From Stramenopiles sp. TOSAG23-2 (Eukaryota), in NCBI GenBank assembly GCA_900128395.1, contig LT649247.1, forward strand, positions 1 through 63,154: a stretch of DNA of 63,154 nucleotides. The letters are read 5' to 3'. Position 1 is the first letter of the stretch. Each line of letters begins with the position of its first letter. The position numbers and the translations under genes are program-made. Below are positions 56,601-63,154 of this stretch, piece by piece. The notes under the pieces are model-generated. The model did no database searches, had not been told where the DNA came from, and was given only the letters and a program-made list of their open reading frames with translations.

Positions 56601-57231
56601 CACGCATACTACCACCTTTCTTTACCATTGGGAAATATGCTTGTAACGATGCTGATATACATTTTGATTTAAGTGCTTCACAACTAGTTTTACATTGTTT
56701 CATAACTTGACATTTCTCATCACATCGTGGTAATAGCTGTTCTATAATATCTTGTTTGTAATCATTGCCACAACGTTTTACCTGTGCACCAACCGTTGCA
56801 CCTAACAATCCACTAGCCATACCAAGTAAACTTATCAATTTATCAGCACCTTCTACAACTTGTTTGCTTGTAAATCCAGATGCAATAGTGCCATAAAATA
56901 CTTTCCCATTAACTGTAATCTCTTTACAATCTCTTGATGGCGTATTTGGTTTAGCAGCTTGCCTTTCCTTTTCAGCCTCTGCTATTTTTTGCAGCTCAAT
57001 CTTCTCTGCTAATACATTTTTCTTTGTCTCCAATTTCAAAAGATTTGCATTACCTTGTTCTACTGCATCTATCGTATGTCGGATCTTTTCTTTCACGGTT
57101 TCATGCTCTACAAATAGATCACGTACAGGTTTATTGCTTCTAATATTTCCACCATGAACTAAACTACCAATATAAACAAGAGCAAATAAAAGAAAAACGA
57201 ATAACCTCATTGATTTATGTAAATAATTCAT
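50680..57231 (-). CDS. Very large secreted protein with four Frizzled-CRD-like Cys-rich domains and acidic/charged tandem repeats
   Basis: Signal peptide; repeated LLPRC..KC...QCK..C...K..C and CSLFFPSC...CRSTC patterns; 26-aa acidic repeat x4, 15-aa repeat x4, KAAKE repeats. Confidence 0.75.
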   Translation of the reverse strand: MNYLHKSMRLFVFLLFALVYIGSLVHGGNIRSNKPVRDLFVEHETVKEKIRHTIDAVEQGNANLLKLETKKNVLAEKIELQKIAEAEKERQAAKPNTPSRDCKEITVNGKVFYGTIASGFTSKQVVEGADKLISLLGMASGLLGATVGAQVKRCGNDYKQDIIEQLLPRCDEKCQVMKQCKTSCEALKSKCISASLQAYFPMVKKGGSMRGMLPMIGLSESDPFMKVIDAWLEKLDKCNSEYVTDAKVCLSAKYTGAPCNPADAPAVSATGTATGAATSATTVIANTPPIDLPVENLEKECTDYCDSKNNAALLEVAEEPIFTSKPIPELETKEDLEAKCSTWCSKHKPVPSLVEDKKDVSVDDILKAQKEISEGRVDKKGNEYAQFSWISRAGMGSRLVRQYLTLHRQQHIQEPPTWQVKSTIKQELVFHAERIDAITRSDLISVFTKLLDFYVSHFNIDRNHMGFLGVSGKCNDPEGMRLSFQISLPKYKERVLRFQLEQLAMGNNKYSLELATIIKKHISDKIREENRFLYDDDKEETLSYNTNNNNNNNRTNTDDVIKQIVKANKTDAEMCYDYCQSKSFCCNDYKTGSNQLLSCAQACMIRMRDSGLSKKDCKANYCDGKQNGCSLEVKGFKYDMCQKCSDLTDKCPHGVQDEKPCMAGCDMDVPYRRDDNMDVVQVDIGVPSETEEAPTGNTGSTGSETDMTGVDEDVVGGASPSETGSTTGGAIGSDGESGSDGESGSDGETGSDGETGSDGETGSEDVPEEPTDNESESTGPEEQEDETGSEDVPEEPTDNESESTGPEEQEDETGSEDVPEEPTDNESESTGPEEQEDETGSEDVPEEPTDNESESTGPEEQEDETGTGNPFMEGCKKVVGLNGNEFYGTIADGFTAKEVIDGSNQIILLLDMVSNFGIFPADTVATIKKCKNDYKTDMMQQLLPRCDDKCQPMKQCKSACGDLKSDCIPDAFRSQLNMILPGGAYRSMVSMQAGGENSATIKVMDAWLSKLNTCESEHLTSDEFCLSPKYTGAMCDPDAIKKALSGADATGNGYTHTFNMIGKKCESYLDQYGYHLLAHNVGTRFEMEKFVKGDESGDRYIMPFCSPFDKTSCINPNFMNFKNLKGAEILEQIKLEGQKETLHRTYTWDQDTFAGTPSSVTATNGSNAKLRLWLGNTKGPGFSAEAGHHKCANQGAFYPTKVGTKNVFFAWSSYEHCSGADGLLGALGHFPDCTGCTEDERKYGVFKRGMYHEGKKIQVKWSNLWIKGGSCDDDGIETDGEDKDATTTGEIVYDGPIVFKNTSAGLVPERTTHEEGKILKQWKALNHKTAESAAIVINRWSDYEKRDRIKEILSNVRPFVRGYVRDTMRHVESKLIEANKEQEPKLALVTLKLIHDVIKANEVMDEETDNIKRFEHMVFRMDRNTLFYFEQSLTRKSQYKLIEACQSSQRLRKRLLEEGFSSDLLQPIALQQEEDDFERLKSKFQKTLAKHAKYALFDSKVVKALVGTTSGPEMLKLLSKEQLEKTYKSITDKKAAGKFKLLQLKTNKCESFHNMPMCNAKSFEASSTSALLSNSHKKIADGFNRLKKAFQATKRFFGKRMTDKCLRLLQKSTCNALLPRCNDKCEAQPPCKSTCEETAEECKLILTPISLSVFRNGGALNTIVTGIMGENMPLFQRVLNISKQCTDDIYDPSREGCSSLLSENKINCTPEKMPKMAEDVAMEAMQRYVSTIKKHAHEMKAQEKVAEREKQTKMEEDKKVAEREKQTKMEEDKKVAEREKQTKMEEDKKVAEREKQTKMEEDKKAAIAEKSKKEKEAKETNEEEEEDKDIKNPVDIDGSGTHDEKVDSSPASTGGSTGSDSTGSGSTDETNEEEEEEDKDIKNPVDIDGSGTHDEKVEEDKGIKKQLLEPQASTGASESLDTTASSGTTDESGNDDKVKDVVKDINNEAEELDKEKEEKAAKEKEEKEKEEKEKAAKEKEEKEKAAKVKAAKEKAAKEKAAKEKAAKEKAAKESSKCIKIDASKLAGCGEKTFSGTNTFGLDQKDVATAFNVIFKQALPMVQQLLPGIPKTCIPSINKEMCSLFFPSCSIDCKERKSCRSTCKGALKECGPLAAQLGLVSKGGPFEPMIKAFFAGQDTVWNIAQNIIKHLTCTGDNFSDDKLCSTIQQNSVACTRRLERMRRL
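51820..52005. repeat. Coding tandem repeat, 45-bp unit x4 (KVAEREKQTKMEEDK)
   Basis: Visible in both DNA and protein. Confidence 0.9.
54633..55038. repeat. Coding tandem repeats: 78-bp unit x4 plus 18-bp unit x5
   Basis: ETGSEDVPEEPTDNESESTGPEEQED x4; GSDGE(S/T) x5. Confidence 0.9.
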
Positions 57232-57868
57232 TTTAATGAATACGTACTACTCTACTGAACACAAAGTTTATTGGGTGTAAATGTTATCTATAACTATAAA
57301 TAAATGATACTGTTCTACATGAACGATACATGGTATGTGACATAGTTATTTAGACATTATTCATTGTCATCTCTCGATCATCTCATTCCAGGCATTCCCC
57401 CTCCTTTTATAAAAAAAAAAAAATACATCATCAAAAAGGAAGAAACTCTGGATTCCATCTTACTATGGTTTTAGCATCGAATTAAATATTTTGATAAGCC
57501 TGCACCGTGTTGGCATACAGGTCCACACAGCTGGACGCTGGACGACACCTCTATAGCACTATACAGCTAGACCTATGTAAGTATAAGGCTGGAAGGCCAG
57601 CAGGCCTTATTATAGATCTAGCAGGCGAAGAGATGAGAACTCTGCGCTTGTGCCTTCTGCCTTCTGGCTTCTGGCCTTCCAGCCTATAGGTTTTCGAGTT
57701 TCGAGTTTCTTTTTCTTTTTCAAGCGATGCCAGAGATATTCTATAGGTTTTATTATTCTAATTATGCCTGGTGGTATTAGTACAGTATCAGTATATGGCC
57801 TCCTCCTACATTTTTTTTTTTTTAACATGGCAACATGGCCGTGCATCATTATTATATTTATCCTTATC

Positions 57869-58101
57869 CCCGATATAATTTTTACTGTGCCGGCCAGTCA
57901 TAAATTTTCGGTACAAATTGTTTATTATACTTAAACACTATTTATACCCATCAAATACACAAATTAATCGGTTTTCAGGTTTTCGAGTGGTTGAGTTTTG
58001 GATTAATTTGTGTGTTTGATAGTTAAATATAGTGTTTAAGTATACCAACAAATTTGTACCGAAAATTTACGACTGGCCGGCACACTAAAAATTATATCGG
58101 G
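57869..58101. mobile_element. MITE-like element: ~100-bp imperfect inverted repeats around a ~30-bp spacer
   Basis: cccgatataattttt..tgtgccggccagtc.taaattttcggtacaaatt...cacaaattaatc pairs with gattaatttgtg...aatttgtaccgaaaattta.gactggccggcaca..aaaaattatatcggg; no clear TSD. Confidence 0.7.
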
Positions 58102-58267
58102 CTCTGGCATTATTATTACCTGGTATATTATTAATATATGAAATTATTATCTATTATTATTTGAATGAACAAATATACGATATACATATACACTGATATA
58201 CATAGTATATATTTCGGTTCTGTGATTATACCACCTATCATCAATAAAAGATTGCACCACCACCACC

Positions 58268-60404
58268 ATGGGTAATTTGTGTGGATCCACTGCAAGTACG
58301 ACGACTAATGGTTCAACCACAGTATCTAGACAATCTACAGTTGATGTTGATAAAGAAATTTTTGGACAATTAATAGGTACGATACGTGATCAAAGATGGG
58401 AAGACAATTATAAAATTGTAAAAAAACTAGGTGCTGGTATAACCGGTGCCGTACATGTAGTCGAGCATAATAAAGAAAGGAAAGGACAAAAATACGCATT
58501 AAAAAGTGTGAATTTGAATAAATTAGACCCTGCGCAATTAAAAGAATTAAGGAACGAAGTTGCATTGTTGAAAAAATTAGACCATCCACATATTGTACGT
58601 TTATATGAATGTTACGAAACAGACAAATCAATGGATTTAATTTTGGAACTTATGGAAGGTGGTGACTTACATGATGCATATCATAAAAAGCCTAAAGAAT
58701 TCACCGAGGTAAAAGTATGCGAATTAATAAGACAACTTGTAAGTGCAGTTGCTTATTGTCATAGTTTAGGGATAACGCATCGTGATATCAAACCAGCAAA
58801 TATTTGCTTTAGTAAAGGAGATTTTGAAAATATTAAATTAATTGATTTTGGTATTGGCAAATTGATGGGTCATGGTCAAAACCGGGGTAGCTTTTGGGGG
58901 AAAAGGGAGAAGCAAACAATGTGTGGAACTGTTATATATGTTGCTCCGGAAGTATTTACTGCTAATTATGACAATCGTATTGATATTTGGGTAGGTACCT
59001 GCTACCTACCTGCCCAAGGTTGGCCGACATTCTTACCTGCAATTTTAACTGCATTCTTACCTACCTGCCCAAGGTTGGCCGACATTCTTACCTACAATTT
59101 TAACTGCAATTTTAACTCCATTCTTACATATATATTCAAGACATACTAACAAATTATTATACACTGCAGGCAATCGGCGTTTTGACTTATTTTTATCTAT
59201 GTGGCCGAACACCATTTCAAGGTCGATCGCAAAATGAAACAATTGATAATATTGAACGGCATAAAAAATTAATCTTTCGCGGTCAACGATGGCATAATAT
59301 ATCCAAAGAAGCAACAGAGTTTATTCAAAGCTTATTGACACCGAATCCAAAAAAAAGGTGAGTACCAAATTCCTGCCAAAATCCTGCACCGTGTTGGTGG
59401 AAGAAAATCCTGCACCGTGTTTGTGGAACGTAGTGCTGCACCATGTTGGTGGAAGAAAATCCTGCACCATGTTGGTGGAAGAAAATCCTGCACCATGTTG
59501 GTGGAAGAAAATCCTGCACCATGTTGGTGGAAGAATACGTTCCACAAACACGGTGCAGGATTTTCTTCCACCAACATGGTGCAGGATTTTCTTCCACCAA
59601 CACGGTGCAGGATTTTCACACGGTGCAGGATTTTCTTCCACAAACACGGTGCAGGATTTTCACACGGTGCAGGATTTTCACACGGTGCAGGATTTTCTAA
59701 CATGTGATACTTATAATTATTCACCAAAAAAAAAAAAAAAAAAAAGACCACAAGCGGAAGATGCTTTGCAACATCCATGGTTTACAAAATGGTTAAAGGA
59801 ACGTAAATCAGCTAGTAATAGGCTTATTGATAAGGATGACCATCTACCAATCCCTCCCGATGTTCTTCGTAATATTTCACAATATGCAAAATTTAGTCCT
59901 TTGAAAAAAATGGCATTGATGGCTGTCGCGCAAGATTTGAATGGCCCGCAATTGATTCAATTACAAGACACATTTGAGGAAATTGATACAAATAATCTTG
60001 GAACGATTGATCAAGAGGAAATGTTACAAGCATTGAATGGAATCATGTCGGAAGAAGATGCTAAAAATATATTCAAAGGGCTAGATTTTGATAAAACAGG
60101 TAAAATAAGATATGGTGAATTTTTAGCAGCTGCGATGGATACAAGTAAAGTAATGGAGAAAAATCAATTGCGCGTTGCATTTAATAAATTGGATAAGGAT
60201 AATTCAGGGAGTATAAGCGTACCGAATTTAATTCAAATTGCTGGTAAAGTTTATGGTGAAGATATTATCAAAGCAAATTTAAAAGAATTTGATATTAAAG
60301 AAAATGGTGTAATTGATTTTGAAGAATTTGTAGCGTTAATGGAACAGAAGAAAGGTGGTGTTGCTGCTGCATCATCAGTTGCAGGTGTTCAATTGGAAAT
60401 GTAA
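58268..60404 (+). CDS. CDPK: Calcium-dependent protein kinase; exons 58268..58990, 59170..59357 and 59747..60404
   Basis: MGNLCG acylation motif; HRDIKPAN, DFG and APE kinase motifs; splicing yields DIW|AIGVLTYFYLCGRTPF and KKR|PQAEDALQHPWF; junction region and four EF-hands. Confidence 0.92.
58991..59169 (+). other. CDPK intron 1 (GT-AG) containing a ~56-bp tandem duplication
   Basis: GTAGGT donor, TACTAAC branch, CAG acceptor; ctacctgcccaaggttggccgacattcttacct occurs twice. Confidence 0.85.
59358..59746 (+). other. CDPK intron 2 filled with inverted arrays of a 26-bp unit (foldback structure)
   Basis: GTGAGT donor, TTCTAAC branch, poly(A)-AG acceptor; AAAATCCTGCACC(A/G)TGTTGGTGGAAG units forward at ~59377-59533 and reverse at ~59536-59697. 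Confidence 0.85.
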
Positions 60405-60627
60405 AATTTTTGTGTGTAAAATATTTTTAATTTTTATATTTTTAATAAAATATTTTTTTATATATTTATATATTAATGCATATTTAATATTTTATATTTT
60501 AAAGTAAAATGTCTCTTAATTTTTACTCGCACTTGTTTTTTATTTTCAAACTACATATAAAAATTTTAATTCCTGGCTTTTCATAAAATAAACCTCCAAT
60601 ACCTCCAACTGGAAGTTGCAAGCTCTC

Positions 60628-61671
60628 TTACTTCTGCTTCTTGAAAAATTTCACGTAAGGATGATTGGATTCGCTTTTCTTCTCATATTTCCTTCGTTGT
60701 TTTCCAATGTGATCACTGATTTGTTCTAATATCGAAAAAAAGAAAAAGAAAAGAAATACATTTTGTGTTAGTGTCTTAGATTTGGAAATAATATTCATAA
60801 GAGATAGCTAGGCAAAACTTACTCATGGTACGTTCGCCGCCCAATCTGTCGTGAATTTTTCGATGTCTCTCATTGGACGATAAATTGCAATACTTGTTAA
60901 ATGTCTTTAAACACATTTGTCTGGATTTTTTGCTCCAACGACCGTCCTTTTTCTCCTTTTTTGCACGTTTTTGACGTTTTTCAGCACAATTTTTTTGACC
61001 TTTTTTAGCACGTTTTCTAGATACAAATTTCACAGTAGTATTTTTGATAGTCTTCTTTTCCATTTTTGAACGTTTGGAACGTTTAGGTGTTTTTAAATGG
61101 TCTTCCGCTTCTTTTTTCACCTCATCTGCAGTGTACATCACATTTTTACCTGGCATGTCGACTTCTCGAATTTCCATTTCCCAAATGGCAGGTGCTTCAA
61201 AATCTAATTTTGCTGCACCTGTGGAGCGTAGCGTATGAATGAGTGGTAAATAGTTAGAGATGATATTCTTCATTCAGTTTAGGAGAAGAATAGAATTTAC
61301 TTGCCACTTGCAAACAATGCTATTGGAATTTTTGGGATTTCAATATTTTCCTTGTATACATCATTTATTGGATCAACACCACGAACACTTTCAGTAACAT
61401 TTAAATTTGTGTTGACAGCATGTTCGTTGTTATTTAGAATTGCCCCTTCTAACATAAATGTATAGTCAAAAGAATCGTCATCATCATATCCAGGGCTAAC
61501 GTCGTTTGATGATACGTAAATCCAATTGTATGGAGGGTGTTCGGGGGGATATAAGTCACCGTCTTTATTAATTCTGGCGGTGCTGCATTCACCTTCCATC
61601 ATCAAGGTCGTTAATGTTTCCTTGGTATCATCATACATTTGCTCGCTTTCAATCAATGGTTGAGAAAACAT
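60628..61671 (-). CDS. Myb/SANT-like (SHAQKY-type) DNA-binding protein; exons 61671..61305, 61218..60823 and 60725..60628
   Basis: Two frame-restoring introns join ORFs 61297..61707 and 60776..61273 and add a last exon, giving DGRWSKKSRQMCL...IHDRLGGERTM|KQISDHIGKQRRK; basic NLS-like region. Confidence 0.7.
60726..60822 (-). other. Spliceosomal intron (GT-AG, 97 bp)
   Basis: GTAAGT donor, CACTAAC branch, pyrimidine tract, TAG acceptor; completes the Myb helix. Confidence 0.8.
61219..61304 (-). other. Spliceosomal intron with GC donor (GC-AG, 86 bp), putative introner-like copy 2
   Basis: GCAAGTAAATTCTAT...TCTCTAAC...ATACGCTACGCTCCACAG; phase 1 in a Gly codon; restores the frame. Confidence 0.75.
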
Positions 61672-61699
61672 TTTCTTTACTATATTTGTATATATGGAA

Positions 61700-61968
61700 T
61701 ATGACAAAAAATGTTGAATATATAACGTTATAATTAACAGCGATGATATATGTTATATATATAATATGACAAAAAATATTTAATATATAACGTTGTAATT
61801 AACGGTGACGATATATGATATATATGTAATATGACAAAAAAATATTTAATATATGACGTTGTAATTAATTGCGACGATATATGATCTTATATATATATGA
61901 TATATATGTAATATGACAAAAAATATTTAATATATGACGTTGTAATTAATTGCGACGATATATGATCT
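61700..61968. repeat. AT-rich tandem repeat, ~4 degenerate 60-80 bp units, upstream of the Myb-like gene
   Basis: atatgacaaaaaatatttaatatat.acgttgtaattaa...gacgatatatg recurs four times. Confidence 0.85.
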
Positions 61969-63154
61969 TAATAGATAAATATTCTTTAAAAATGTAAGTG
62001 AAATGTGTATGTTATACGTGTTATTTATTGTATTGTATTTTTAATATACTATGGTATATATATATATATATATAAATGTTTGTCTATGTATATGTAACGA
62101 CTCTTGTGATGGGATATATATATATATTACATGATATAATATTCAAATTTATACATGTGTACATGTATATTTTTTTGATTATTTTAAAGGTGATGGCATC
62201 GTAATGGTACTGCCCTGTATTATTATACAAATTTCTACATGCCATTCATTTTTATAACATTTCATCCTTCTTCTTCAATCCATTCAACCCCATCCTCAAA
62301 TTATTCAAACTAGCCGGGCTAATCAAAAAATGAATTTTAAAAAAGGATTTATGATTTCATTTTTTTTAAATAAATAAATGAATCGATATGCCATTTTACA
62401 AAATAAAATCGGATATTTGTATGTTAATAATATCCATAATCGGCATTTTTTGATCCAATTTGGGTCCCATTGATTTGGGTCCCATTGAACCCTACTCTTC
62501 AACTCTAATATAATGCTATTCCTATGCTAATGATTTCGTTCCGCCTCTTCCGCATTTAAAAATCTACCGGGCTAGCTGTATTCCTTGTAATCCCCCCGGA
62601 TTTGCAACTGAGATAAAAGATAAAAGTGCACCTCTCGATGATATGCTTAGTAGACTATACAGAAATTATTAATATACATATCACACCTGAATTTACACAT
62701 TAACATTTTTATAAAAAAAAAGATACAGCTCAGTGGCTGGACAGCACTGCAACCTAAACCGTGCCACTCTATACTACTCTACTATAAAATATATATAATA
62801 ATAACTACACACACAGCCACATACACAAAAGATTATTTTAAAATTAAATATATAAAATACTAGTATATAAATATCACCAGAGAGAGAACTCCAGGAACTC
62901 CTGGAACTCCTAGAACTCCCAGAACTCTCTTTACTTCATATTTACCACCGGGTTTTTTTGCTCCTTTCTTCTCTGATGATGAAGAAGATATTGGCACATT
63001 GAGATTGGTTGCATATTGCTATTATCAGATAAAAGATTCGTATATATAATATGTATCTTTTAATTACCACCATGGTGGTAGTTGGATGAATTACATAAAC
63101 CATACGAAACAACGTTCTTCATATATTAATACTGTATCATATTGTAATTACATT

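Noticed and set aside
50945-56710. Long plus-strand ORFs (e.g. 50945..52009, 54581..55309)
   Set aside because: Antisense shadows of the repetitive minus-strand gene
59377-59697. 26-bp repeats resembling a CRISPR array
   Set aside because: Units are adjacent with no unique spacers, occur in both orientations, lie inside a spliceosomal intron of a eukaryotic gene, and no cas genes are present
59724-59746. Lack of a polypyrimidine tract at the acceptor as a novel splice type
   Set aside because: Other introns here also have A-rich acceptors (TATAAACAG at 592, AATTAAAAG at 47692), so this appears normal for this genome
59321-59778. Six overlapping ORFs with ENPAPC/VQDF repeats
   Set aside because: They are translations of the intronic repeat; only the part of ORF 59358..60404 from 59747 onward is CDPK exon
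60776-61707. Two short orphan ORFs that could be viral or TE genes
   Set aside because: They splice into one three-exon Myb-like gene
62929-63154. Coding-like minus-strand sequence at the window edge
   Set aside because: Frames are interrupted by stops and no family is recognisable; it cannot be supported without the adjacent sequence
1-63154. tRNA, rRNA, snRNA genes or an autonomous transposase/reverse transcriptase
   Set aside because: No recognisable examples seen by eye; a covariance-model scan would be needed to exclude small RNAs

Overview
AT-rich, gene-dense, intron-poor nuclear DNA from a unicellular eukaryote using the standard genetic code. Poly-Asn-rich proteins, a CDPK and a dynein light chain make a stramenopile-type protist plausible (inference). 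About 27 protein genes were found, mostly housekeeping: ceramide synthase, NHP2, exportin-7, mitochondrial uL1, CSN2, LC8-type dynein light chain, UCHL5, PDE, SLC35 transporter, PAQR and CDPK. Eight spliceosomal introns were reconstructed by hand and join several ORF-track fragments. Main observations: (1) two introns in unrelated genes 58 kb apart (3283-3375 + and 61219-61304 -) share sequence blocks and similar insertion contexts, suggesting an introner-like mobile intron family, one copy with a GC donor. (2) An Asteroid/XPG-type PIN nuclease is fused to a Spindle-E/TDRD9-like DEAH helicase and sits head-to-head with a 2OG-Fe(II) oxygenase-like gene. (3) A dispersed ~80-100 bp element lies in sense orientation just 3' of six different genes. 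(4) TACG..CGTA dyads cluster in 3' intergenic regions, whereas GGCC/AGCT patches occur in 5' regions. (5) There is a TTAA-flanked non-autonomous TIR element, a MITE-like inverted repeat and a foldback-filled CDPK intron. (6) Four enzymes with PTS1-type C-termini lie within 18 kb. Several exact ~100 bp tandem duplications may be assembly artefacts.
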